Shown here: piece after piece, positions 11,160 through 22,281 of the stretch | Position numbering within the stretch: position 1 is the first letter of the stretch | Layout: each line of letters begins with the position of its first letter | Assembly (NCBI GenBank): GCA_945903675.1 | Contig: CAMDOP010000001.1 | Location: 1-41,303 of the forward strand | From: Crenothrix polyspora | Lineage (GTDB): Bacteria > Pseudomonadota > Gammaproteobacteria > Methylococcales > Methylomonadaceae | Length of the DNA stretch: 41,303 bases | Direction of reading: 5' to 3' | Program-made: the position numbers and the translations under genes | The notes under the pieces: model-generated | What the model was told of the DNA's origin: nothing | Databases searched by the model: none | Seen by the model: the letters and a program-made list of their open reading frames with translations, nothing else

Positions 11160-12080
11160 ATGAATAATTTTAATAAATCGTTGCTATCACTAGCATTGAC
11201 AGCGTCCTTTGCTATAGCCAGCACACAAGCCATGGCAGCAGTCCCTCTTTATCCAGAATTTACCATTAACCCTACAGACACAGGAACCCTGGGCTTCACC
11301 ACACTAGGTGATTTAACCGGAAATAAATTTGTAGGTAATTATTCTGAAGTAGTCACCTTAAATTTTGATGGTACTTTTAATGCTTCAATTAGCTTAGGTT
11401 TTGGTCAACTGGCTAATATTAATAATCAGTTGTTTGCGCCTTTTTCAGATGGTCCAACGTATAATCTTGATCCAGGTCTATGGTTAACCAATCAATTTAA
11501 TGGCACATATTCAACTGTTGGAACACTCACAACCTTCCTTCCTGATGGCAGTACTAGCAATGGAGACGGTTTTGCTCTACATCTTTACTATACCAGTGGC
11601 GCCAGTTCAATAACCCTAAACTCTCCAGCCAATGGTTTTACAGTCGGTGGAGCAACCTTTGGTGATGACCCATCTGTTGCGGGCCTACCATTTACCAATC
11701 CCATATTAGGTACAGGGATAGAGCTTTCTGGCTCCAATTATTTGGGTACAGCAACTTTACCAATTGGCTCTGGTTTTGGAGGCGGTTCTTTTTCCTTAGG
11801 TACTACGCTAAGCTTAGCGTCGTTGGCAGGTCAGAGCTATTTTGTCTTGCCAGATCCCTTTTACAATATGTCATTACAATCAGGACAATATAATACCTTG
11901 GTTTTTAAAAGTACTGACGGTCTTGGAAATAACACTTACTCAAACAATGGCTCTGCAGACATCATTTTCAGCAATGCGAGCGTACCAGAACCCGCCAGCC
12001 TTGCTTTAGTGGGCTTGGGCTTATTAGGTTTAGGCGTGATCAGACGTAAAAAACAAGCTGACGCAACTATAGACGCTTAA
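11160..12080 (+). CDS. PEP-CTERM sorting-domain surface protein, resembles flocculation-associated PepA
   Basis: Signal peptide (..STQAMA/A), G/S/T/N-rich body, C-terminal VPEPASLALVGLGLLGLGVIRRKK. Start moved to ATG 11160 behind GGAG. PepA resemblance is from memory of the family. Confidence 0.9.
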   Translation: MNNFNKSLLSLALTASFAIASTQAMAAVPLYPEFTINPTDTGTLGFTTLGDLTGNKFVGNYSEVVTLNFDGTFNASISLGFGQLANINNQLFAPFSDGPTYNLDPGLWLTNQFNGTYSTVGTLTTFLPDGSTSNGDGFALHLYYTSGASSITLNSPANGFTVGGATFGDDPSVAGLPFTNPILGTGIELSGSNYLGTATLPIGSGFGGGSFSLGTTLSLASLAGQSYFVLPDPFYNMSLQSGQYNTLVFKSTDGLGNNTYSNNGSADIIFSNASVPEPASLALVGLGLLGLGVIRRKKQADATIDA

Positions 12081-12109
12081 TTTTTATTGTAAGGTAAGGC
12101 GCTATTAAA

Positions 12110-12226
12110 TTAACCAGTTCTTGGTTAACTCTTTTCACTTAAGTTAAGTGAAAATTGGCGACCTTATGTATTTGAACAACTGATGCTACTTTGCTCATGA
12201 GTACTTAGGCCAGAGTAGCATCAGTT
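12110..12226. other. Cluster of three hairpins between the PEP-CTERM gene and the acyltransferase gene
   Basis: TTAACCA..TGGTTAA; TTTTCACTTAA-G-TTAAGTGAAAA; AACTGATGCTACT...AGTAGCATCAGTT. Confidence 0.55.
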
Positions 12227-12244
12227 CGATCAATCAGGTGAACT

Positions 12245-13384
12245 ATGAAAGACGGCGTCAGATTTTCAGCGACCGAACAGGAATTAAAGGCCTCCTATCA
12301 ATTACGCTATAAAGTGTATGTTGAGCACATGGGGCGCTTTAAAGACATGGGCGACCATGAACTTAAAGAATTAAGAGATGAATATGATGATTATGCCAGA
12401 GCCGTTATTGCCGTGAAAGATGGTACAGCCATTGGTACGCTAAGATTATTTTGGGGGCGAGATAAAAACTTTCCACCCTTGATGATTGATGCCTATCATT
12501 TATCGCCCTTTTTAGAAAACCTGGAACAACAACAAATTTGTATTGTTGAGAGACTGATGGTGGACAAACAATATCGAGGCGGCAGTGCTACTTTACGTAT
12601 GTATAAAGAAGTCATGCATTTTGTACTGGACCATCATATAGAAGCGGTATTACTTAATTGTGAGCCACACCACCTAAATTCTTATTTAAAACTCGGATTT
12701 AGACCCTTTACTCAAACCTATTCTTACCCTGGGATTGGGCTTGTAATTCCGATGGTTTTAATCACCGGTGATTATGAGCATCTACAACGCGTGGGGTCTC
12801 CGTTTTATATGCTAACTAGAGAAGAAGATTTCAGCCATTGCCGCTTTGTAAACGTGTTGCAAAATACGATTGCTCAGCAGCCCAGCATAGTCAGTCAAAC
12901 AACTTTAGGTAAAGCCAGCTTCCTAAAAAAAATATATGACAATGCTGATCCATTAGTGACTAAAGAAGCTAAAATATTCAGCGCTCTGGATGAAGATGAA
13001 ATTGAACGGATGTTAGAAAAAAGTCATATTATTGTATGTAAAAAAGGTACCCATATTATTCAGAAAGACAATACTGCAAAAACCATGTTTATATTGCTCT
13101 CAGGCATACTAGAAATATTACGCGAGGGGCAATTACAAGCTGTTATTTATCCCGGCGATGTTATCGGCGAGATTTCTTTTTTTCTACATGTACCAAGAAC
13201 AGCCGATATTATTGCCGCGACTGATAATGTTAAATTATTAAGCTTAGATGAAGCGTCCATGTCGCGTTTATTAAAATACGACCATACGCTTGCCAACAAG
13301 ATATTAATGAATATTTGCCGCAACTTATGCACTAGGGTAATGGGCACTGAAATTCAAAATATCGCGACCAAAAGTGGCTCTTAA
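12245..13384 (+). CDS. FeeM/autoinducer-synthase-like GNAT N-acyltransferase fused to a C-terminal cNMP-binding domain
   Basis: N-terminal LRYKVYVE..G, ELRDEYD, GTLRL, ERLMVDKQYRG, YLKLGF; C-terminal MFILLSG..EI and GDVIGEISFF..PRTADIIA phosphate-binding cassette. Confidence 0.75.
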   Translation: MKDGVRFSATEQELKASYQLRYKVYVEHMGRFKDMGDHELKELRDEYDDYARAVIAVKDGTAIGTLRLFWGRDKNFPPLMIDAYHLSPFLENLEQQQICIVERLMVDKQYRGGSATLRMYKEVMHFVLDHHIEAVLLNCEPHHLNSYLKLGFRPFTQTYSYPGIGLVIPMVLITGDYEHLQRVGSPFYMLTREEDFSHCRFVNVLQNTIAQQPSIVSQTTLGKASFLKKIYDNADPLVTKEAKIFSALDEDEIERMLEKSHIIVCKKGTHIIQKDNTAKTMFILLSGILEILREGQLQAVIYPGDVIGEISFFLHVPRTADIIAATDNVKLLSLDEASMSRLLKYDHTLANKILMNICRNLCTRVMGTEIQNIATKSGS

Positions 13385-13436
13385 GATCAGCGCATAAAAT
13401 AGCAATATTCATCATAAATAGTTCAGGATAGCCACA

Positions 13437-13928
13437 ATGGATACAGTATCATCTAAAAAAACAAATATAGATCAATGTATTCGTCAATTGAATAAAATCC
13501 ATAAGCAACGTTTAGGAGCTATAGGACCTTTGTTAGGTATGCTACTTATACTACTGTTTGCTTGTGCGTTATTACCTTTGTATTTGTTTCTCATATTTTT
13601 TAATGTCGTATATTTTTGGATCCGACGGCAAAAACGCATAGACCCTAAGCCTTATTTCAATTTCGATCGCCATCACCTTACTCACTTACGCTTTGCCGAT
13701 AAAATCTGGTGCGAATATTGTGAATGGGCAAATGGCTCATTACAATGGGCGCTGGCGATTACTAATGAAATTGAACGTCGCTATTGCCCCATTCAAAACC
13801 AATGCCATCCACATTGTGAGAAGGCTAAAAGCTGGCGCGATGAATTTTTAGGCTATCATCATAATCCTGAAGACATTGATCAGTACTACCGTGAGCGGTA
13901 CTTAAAAGAATCAAATTTAGACGATTAA
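13437..13928 (+). CDS. Uncharacterised membrane protein with Cys/His motifs
   Basis: Hydrophobic stretch at about aa 26-62, then FDRHHL..L...KIWCEYCEWANG and YCPIQNQCHPHC. Confidence 0.7.
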   Translation: MDTVSSKKTNIDQCIRQLNKIHKQRLGAIGPLLGMLLILLFACALLPLYLFLIFFNVVYFWIRRQKRIDPKPYFNFDRHHLTHLRFADKIWCEYCEWANGSLQWALAITNEIERRYCPIQNQCHPHCEKAKSWRDEFLGYHHNPEDIDQYYRERYLKESNLDD

Positions 13929-13979
13929 TAAAGCCACGTATCTACACCTCTTTATTTCATCCATTAACAGGACTGTAAC

Positions 13980-14837
13980 ATGCCTACTTTTGATTATGAC
14001 CTAGCTTTTTCCAGAAACCATGGTATCACTAGCGCCACCGATCAAGCCCGCTTAAAGAATGCTACCTTTGCCATTGCTGGCATGGGAGGGGTAGGAGGCG
14101 ATTACTTAATTACTTTATTACGTGCAGGCATTGGACATTTCAAACTATCTGACTTTGACGCATTTGAAATGGCTAACTTTAATCGTCAATATGGCGCCAC
14201 CATGTCTTCTATCGGCCATAAAAAACTAGATGTCATGGTTAATCTTGGTTTAGATATTAATCCAGATGCCCAATTTAAGACCTACGAAGAAGGTATCAAT
14301 GAACAGAATGTTGAGGACTTCTTAATAGGAGTCGATGTTTTTATCGATGCCGTAGAGTTCTTTGAAATCAAGATACACCGTATGCTTATTAACGCCTGTA
14401 TGAAACGCAATATACCCGTTATCTTTGGTGTGCCTATGGGCTTTGGTGTTGGGGTATTAGTTTTTAAATCAGAAGGCATGTCTTTCGATGACTACTTTGA
14501 TATTGATTACAACGCAGTACTCGGTGTGCAGGCCTTAAAAATGGCTTTGGCCTCTGCACCAGCCGGCTTTCATCTCAAATATATACTCCCAGCTGCTTTC
14601 GATCTTGATAGCCGTAGAGCACCTAGTATCGCAAGTGGATGTAAATTGGCGACAGGGATCGTTATTAGTAAAGCGATATTGGCTTTATTGCATCCTAGAG
14701 AGCTTAAATCAGTTCCTCATTACACCTGTTACGATGCTCGATTGAACCGACTAAAAAATGGTTATTTGTGGAGAGGCAACAAAAACCCATTACAACAATT
14801 AAAATTCTTTATCGCTCGCAAGCGACTAGGTATTTAA
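13980..14837 (+). CDS. ThiF/E1-family adenylyltransferase (PRK08223-like)
   Basis: FSRN, AIAGMGGVGG, DFDAFEMANFNRQ, K.DV, DINP, GMSFDDYF, GNKNPLQ; lacks the MoeB Zn-binding CxxC pairs. Confidence 0.85.
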   Translation: MPTFDYDLAFSRNHGITSATDQARLKNATFAIAGMGGVGGDYLITLLRAGIGHFKLSDFDAFEMANFNRQYGATMSSIGHKKLDVMVNLGLDINPDAQFKTYEEGINEQNVEDFLIGVDVFIDAVEFFEIKIHRMLINACMKRNIPVIFGVPMGFGVGVLVFKSEGMSFDDYFDIDYNAVLGVQALKMALASAPAGFHLKYILPAAFDLDSRRAPSIASGCKLATGIVISKAILALLHPRELKSVPHYTCYDARLNRLKNGYLWRGNKNPLQQLKFFIARKRLGI

Positions 14838-14904
14838 GGGCGGAAATGAACTATGGCTTTATATTTGAATCACTGCAGCTTATAGCTCACCATAAGGATT
14901 AATC

Positions 14905-15591
14905 ATGACCACTGAATCGAAAAATTCTGATACCCCTAAAGTTCAAGCAAAAGGCGCTGACGCCTATCGAGATCCTTCTTGGTGGTATGACATTCGAGGT
15001 TTTTTTATTTTAATGGGCACTTATCAGGTAATGATTTGGACTCACTTAACTTTTTTTGCCAAAAACCTTGGCCAAAAACACCTAGAAGCAGCGATTGGGT
15101 CGGGGACCTTTTTAGCTTTAACACTACTCACCAAAAAAATAACAGGGGGCAAACTGCCTGAAGAAATTATAGGTATAGACTACGCTGAACGTATGCTCAA
15201 AGGCGCCCAAACATTATTCAAAAAACACAAAAACATACAGTTAATCCAAGCGGATCTAGGTAATATCAACTATCCTGATGCTTATTTCGATTCAGTCAAT
15301 ATTGCGCATTCTTTTCATGCCTTTCCTGACCCTGATAAAGTCCTTAAAGAATTACATAGGGTCATGAAACCCACTGCTCATCTTTATGTTGATGTTTTGC
15401 TTGCGCCAGGAGGGGGATATCTTAGAACAACCATTGCTAATCGGGTCAATCGCTTTTGTTTTAAAAAAGGTATTTTAGCTAGAACTTGTGACGCTGAAAC
15501 GACCAAAGCACAATTTGAAAACAATCACTTTAATGTGATTAACAGCTATATCAAAGGTAATACTTATCATATCATCGCGAAAAAAGAATAA
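14905..15591 (+). CDS. Class I SAM-dependent methyltransferase
   Basis: LEAAIGSG motif I, GIDYAERML, YPDAYFDSV, LKELHRVMKP. Confidence 0.85.
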   Translation: MTTESKNSDTPKVQAKGADAYRDPSWWYDIRGFFILMGTYQVMIWTHLTFFAKNLGQKHLEAAIGSGTFLALTLLTKKITGGKLPEEIIGIDYAERMLKGAQTLFKKHKNIQLIQADLGNINYPDAYFDSVNIAHSFHAFPDPDKVLKELHRVMKPTAHLYVDVLLAPGGGYLRTTIANRVNRFCFKKGILARTCDAETTKAQFENNHFNVINSYIKGNTYHIIAKKE

Positions 15592-15629
15592 TCTGACGAA
15601 CAATATATTCTGAGAAATGATAAATAACC

Positions 15630-15663
15630 ATCTAGCCTACTGGTTTAGCTCAGCAGGCTAGAT
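15630..15663. terminator. Hairpin, probable terminator between convergent units
   Basis: ATCTAGCCTACTG-N8-CAGCAGGCTAGAT, one mismatch. Confidence 0.5.
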
Positions 15664-15677
15664 CGATTAGATTGTTA

Positions 15678-15857
15678 GGCTACGAACTTAAATCGTGACA
15701 GTTTGAGCTCAGGGCGAAAGATTAAGCCTAAGAGGCTAGCAACTTAAGGGACAGAGCTAGTATTAACTCTTCACCCTTAGCCCTTTATCTGCAATTAGGT
15801 GAGTCCTATATAAAAGTGAGCGCTTAAGCTAAACTGTCCCGCCTTAAATTGGTAGCC
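15678..15857 (+). mobile_element. MITE copy B (180 bp)
   Basis: Ends ggctacgaacttaa.../...ttaaattggtagcc; 8-bp direct repeat GATTGTTA at 15670-15677 and 15858-15865, which includes the thiC stop. Confidence 0.85.
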
Positions 15858-15862
15858 GATTG

Positions 15863-17872
<2,010 letters not shown>

Positions 17873-18032
17873 TTACGGATGTCCGACTAAGTTAAAGGAT
17901 AATGCCACAGATTGCAAGCAAGATCCCATACAGTCATACAATAAAATAATGATGTGTACTTATAAGATATAAAGACTAATCACCATCAATAACGATCAAA
18001 CTATTCTTAGCCTTTATTATTCACTAACAATA

Positions 18033-18923
18033 TTAAGAAAGGTCATGCTCTTTACAAAAATCTTTTAAATAAGCTAAAAAGTCATGTTTTAACTCTTTAT
18101 GTAACAAGGCCTGCTCAACTGTTGCTATTAAAAAACCTAGCTTAGTCCCGCAATCATAACGCTTACCTTCAAATTCATAAGCGAGTACAGTCTCATCTTT
18201 TAATAAGCTTGCTATAGCATCCGTTAATTGAATTTCACCACCCGCACCGCGTTCCGTATATTTAATCTTATCAAAAATAGCGGGGGTTAAAATATAGCGA
18301 CCTACAACGGCTAAATTAGAAGGTGCATGTTCAGGTTTAGGTTTTTCAACAATAAGCTCAATGGGAGCTGATCTATCTATAAACTCATTAATCTTCACAA
18401 TCCCGTAACTAGCCGATTCTGATGGATTAATACGCTCAACACCCAAGATAGATGTTTGTTTTTTCTCGTAAAGTTCAACCATCTGCGCCATACAACCGCG
18501 CTCGCCGTCTTCGACCATATCATCGGCTAAGATGACAGCAAAGGGTTCATCACCAATAACGGAGCGGGCACAATAAACGGCATGCCCTAAACCTAAAGCT
18601 TCTGCTTGACGAATAAAAACATAAGACACATTAGGGGGCACAATACCACGCAATAACGCTAGCAACTCCTTCTTACCTCTTTCTTCTAGTTCTTTTTCTA
18701 GCTCATAAGCCTTGTCAAAATGATCCATAATGACATTCTTACTACGCCCAGTAATAAATACCATAGTATCAATACCTGCGGCTACCGCTTCTTCTACCGC
18801 GTACTGAATCAACGGCTTATCTACAATAGGTAACATTTCCTTTGGACAGGCTTTGGTGGCCGGTAAAAAACGCGTGCCTAAACCCGCGACAGGAAAAACA
18901 GCTTTAGTAATCTTTTTGCTCAT
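18033..18923 (-). CDS. galU: UTP--glucose-1-phosphate uridylyltransferase
   Basis: PVAGLGTRFLPATKA.PKEMLP, VEKP, GEIQLTDAI. Confidence 0.95.
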   Translation of the reverse strand: MSKKITKAVFPVAGLGTRFLPATKACPKEMLPIVDKPLIQYAVEEAVAAGIDTMVFITGRSKNVIMDHFDKAYELEKELEERGKKELLALLRGIVPPNVSYVFIRQAEALGLGHAVYCARSVIGDEPFAVILADDMVEDGERGCMAQMVELYEKKQTSILGVERINPSESASYGIVKINEFIDRSAPIELIVEKPKPEHAPSNLAVVGRYILTPAIFDKIKYTERGAGGEIQLTDAIASLLKDETVLAYEFEGKRYDCGTKLGFLIATVEQALLHKELKHDFLAYLKDFCKEHDLS

Positions 18924-18994
18924 GTTCTACTTCCATTATTTAATTAGTAAGAGACAGGATGAATATTAGATATTAATTTGATTGTTATAGCATA

Positions 18995-20395
18995 CTAAAC
19001 ACGACCATACTGATCATCAAAACGGACAATATCATCTTCACCTAAATAACTACCTGATTGAACTTCAACAATTTCCAAGGGAATAACACCTGGATTTTCA
19101 AGGCAGTGGATAACACCTAATGGGATATAAGTAGACTCATTTTCGGTTATTAATAGGGTCTCTTCACCCTTAGTCACCAAGGCCGTACCTTTAACAACCA
19201 CCCAATGCTCTGCTCGATGATGATGCCGCTGCAGGGACAATTTAGCACCGGGCTTGACTATAATACGCTTAGTCTGATGACGCTCACCACAATCAACCAA
19301 ATCATAGTTACCCCATGGCCTTGAGGCTTTTCTATGCAAGTCAGCTTCACTACGTCCCAGTTGTTTTAATTGATCAACAATTTGTTTGACCTCTTGGACT
19401 CTATCCTTGGGCGAAATCATCACGGCATCGGCAGTTTCTACGACCACTAAATCATGCACGCCAATAACAGCGACCAACTTACTTTGGGCATGGATAAACG
19501 AATTATGACTATCAACCGTTAATACATCCCCGCTAATGGCATTGCCATTAGCATCTTTATCAGTAACATCCCATAAAGCAGACCATGAACCTACATCATT
19601 CCAACCAGCATCCAACGGAATAACAACCGCCTTGTCGGTTTTTTCCATGACCGCATAATCAATAGAGTCAGCAGGACAACTAGCGAATAATTCCTTATCT
19701 AAGCGCACAAAATCCAAATCAACCTTTGCCTCAGCCAAGGTGAGTCGACAAACCCGAAGCATCTCAGGATTAAATTTTTCTAATTCAGTTAAGAAAGTTC
19801 CCGCTTTAAAGGCGAACATACCACTATTCCAGTAATAATCACCACTAGCCACATACTGGTTTGCCGTCTTTGCATCTGGTTTTTCAACAAAGGCTGCCAC
19901 ACCAAAAGCTGAGCCATACTTAACAGTATCTCGTTTAATGTAGCCATAGCCCGTTTCTGCTTGATTAGGAACGATGCCAAAGGTCACCATAAAACCTTGC
20001 TCTGCCAATAGTTTGGCTTGTTCAATGGCGGCATGAAAAGCTACCAAGTCACTAATAACATGATCTGCCGGCAGAATGAGTATGATATCTTCATCTGATT
20101 GGGCACTAAGAGCTGCCATAGTTACGGCTGGAGCGGTATTTTTACCCATTGGTTCCAAAATAATAGCCGCTGGTTTTGCCTCGATTTCCAATAACTGTTC
20201 TGCCATCATAAAACGATGATGTTCATTACAGACAGCAATCGGAGCTTTTAATCCTGTTATGCCTGTCAATCTTAGAAGTGTTTCCTGAACCATCGTATAG
20301 CTGGAAACTAATGGCAGAAATTGTTTTGGGTACTGTCCGCGAGAAAGTGGCCACAGGCGTGTTCCTGAACCACCCGATAAAATAACGGGAATCAT
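18995..20395 (-). CDS. manC: Mannose-1-phosphate guanylyltransferase / mannose-6-phosphate isomerase
   Basis: GGSGTRLWPLSR, FVEKP, WNSGMF, cupin HHHRAEHW. Start chosen at ATG 20395 behind AAGGA (20413 is possible). Confidence 0.93.
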   Translation of the reverse strand: MIPVILSGGSGTRLWPLSRGQYPKQFLPLVSSYTMVQETLLRLTGITGLKAPIAVCNEHHRFMMAEQLLEIEAKPAAIILEPMGKNTAPAVTMAALSAQSDEDIILILPADHVISDLVAFHAAIEQAKLLAEQGFMVTFGIVPNQAETGYGYIKRDTVKYGSAFGVAAFVEKPDAKTANQYVASGDYYWNSGMFAFKAGTFLTELEKFNPEMLRVCRLTLAEAKVDLDFVRLDKELFASCPADSIDYAVMEKTDKAVVIPLDAGWNDVGSWSALWDVTDKDANGNAISGDVLTVDSHNSFIHAQSKLVAVIGVHDLVVVETADAVMISPKDRVQEVKQIVDQLKQLGRSEADLHRKASRPWGNYDLVDCGERHQTKRIIVKPGAKLSLQRHHHRAEHWVVVKGTALVTKGEETLLITENESTYIPLGVIHCLENPGVIPLEIVEVQSGSYLGEDDIVRFDDQYGRV

Positions 20396-20550
20396 AATAT
20401 TTTCCTTAGGCATTAAATATGAATTGGATCTTTTAAATTAAATGCATTTTTTTATTTTAGCATTGCTTTGCCATATACATTAAACCAATTTAAGTTTAGA
20501 AATATATAAACGATTTTCTAAATAACTCAAAAGTATTTACAGTTGTTAAT

Positions 20551-21165
20551 TCAAGCTCTAGCATTTGCAATCAAACCTCGCTGCACGAGCAAATCGATCA
20601 CATGCTCAACACTTACAGATAACGATTGCTCATGGGTATTAACTATCAATTCTGGATTATCAGATATTTGGTAAGGAGAACCGATACCAGTAAAGAAAGG
20701 AATCTCAGCGGCTCTAGCTTTTTTATACAATCCTTTTATATCCCGCTCCTCACAAATTTCAATTGGACATAATCAATATATTTCTAAAAATTCCCTTGTG
20801 TCACTTGCTTTCTAGCTATTTCACGACCGGATATTAACGGTGAAATAAATGCTGTTAATGTAATAATGCACGCGTCAGTCATTAACTTGACTAACTCACC
20901 AACTCGCCTAATATTCCCAGTACGATCAAGATCTGTAAAACCAAGATCACCACATAGACCTTGACGAGCATTGTCACCATCGAGGACATAAGTGCAGCCC
21001 CTATTTGTATAAATAATCTTCTAAAGCATGAGCCAATGTTGATTTACCGGAATCTGATAAACCAGTAAACAAAATAATAGCACTTTTATGAGCATGCAAA
21101 ACCTCTCTACCTATCCTAGAGACGCTCGCATAATGCCAAACGGAATGTGTACTTTTGTTTGTCAT
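20551..21165 (-). pseudogene. cysC: Adenylyl-sulfate kinase pseudogene
   Basis: Pieces read MTNK..WH..FTGLSDSGKSTLA..YLYK*, then (frameshift) [31 protein letters not shown], then (frameshift) EFLEIY*LCP..CEERDIKGLYKKAR..FTGIGSPY..PEL. Two frameshifts, in-frame stops and a G-to-D change in the P-loop. Confidence 0.9.
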
Positions 21166-21195
21166 AGTAAGTTATGTGATTTAAATTAAGTGTAC

Positions 21196-22152
21196 TCAAG
21201 GATATTTTTTTTCAAACTCAGTAATAAATAAGGGCAATTTCTCATAAGGCAAATGATTAATGCCAGCAGCACCCTTACGACCGCCACCTGTAGAAAATAA
21301 TGAGCACAACTCATCTGCACCAGTCTTATTAACTAACGGAGCACGCACGCTAATTTGATAGCCACCGATAGCGTTATAACTAATAATGGCATGAGCTCGA
21401 ATCGGCATTTTATTTGCCACTACATTACTAAATACGCCACTTATACGCCTTGCCCAAGCCTCATCCGGTAATCTATAAATAGCAATGGTCGAAGTACAAT
21501 ATTCTTCTTTAATGGCTTCTGCTTTAGCTATATCTTCTGCATACATCTCTACGAGTAAAGAATAGCTACTATCATTAGCCGCCATATAGTCAAACGGATT
21601 CATATAGGCTAGTAATTCTTTATATAAAAAATCAGGCGGGAAGTGTAAATCGCTAACTGCGTTACCACAACCGTTATAATTAAGACAAACCCCTAATGCC
21701 CTAAGTTGGTTTAGTTGCTGAGCCGTTATTGATAGTTGCGATGCAAGTCGCTCCGCACTATTTATGAGATTATCTCCAAATGCAGCTATCACTGCCCATG
21801 TACTAAACTTACCTCCCAAATATTGATCCATCAACAAACTCGTACATGTATTAGCAGCTGTATCAATTAAAGTGTTAAGCCTGGCATGTTGAGGAATCAG
21901 TCCCGTTTCATGATGATCAACATATAATACGGATGCTCCTTGTTGGAGTATTCTGTCTAAGTCCCTACGATTCTTTTGTAAAGAAATATCTAATACTGTC
22001 ACGGAATCGTTATATTGAACCTCAACTCGTTTCAAAAGTTGAATATCTCTTTTTACACCCGTAACCAACTTAGTCTGGGCAGGATTCGCCAAGCGTAATT
22101 GTACAAGTGCACAAATGCCATCTGCATCGCCATTAAAAACATCAATTTGCAA
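21196..22152 (-). CDS. DHH-family phosphoesterase
   Basis: DVFNGDADG, LDIS, YVDHH, SVRAP and GGGRKGAAG motifs; TTG start with upstream GGAG. Confidence 0.8.
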   Translation of the reverse strand: MQIDVFNGDADGICALVQLRLANPAQTKLVTGVKRDIQLLKRVEVQYNDSVTVLDISLQKNRRDLDRILQQGASVLYVDHHETGLIPQHARLNTLIDTAANTCTSLLMDQYLGGKFSTWAVIAAFGDNLINSAERLASQLSITAQQLNQLRALGVCLNYNGCGNAVSDLHFPPDFLYKELLAYMNPFDYMAANDSSYSLLVEMYAEDIAKAEAIKEEYCTSTIAIYRLPDEAWARRISGVFSNVVANKMPIRAHAIISYNAIGGYQISVRAPLVNKTGADELCSLFSTGGGRKGAAGINHLPYEKLPLFITEFEKKYP

Positions 22153-22281
22153 AAAAAACTCCCACCTCTAATTGCCGCTGAGTATTTTACCTGACTAATG
22201 CGTTAAATAAAAACTTCATAACTAAAAGCCTATTTTTAGAGGTAGAATAACTACAGAAACAGCCTTAATTTTCTTATCTTT

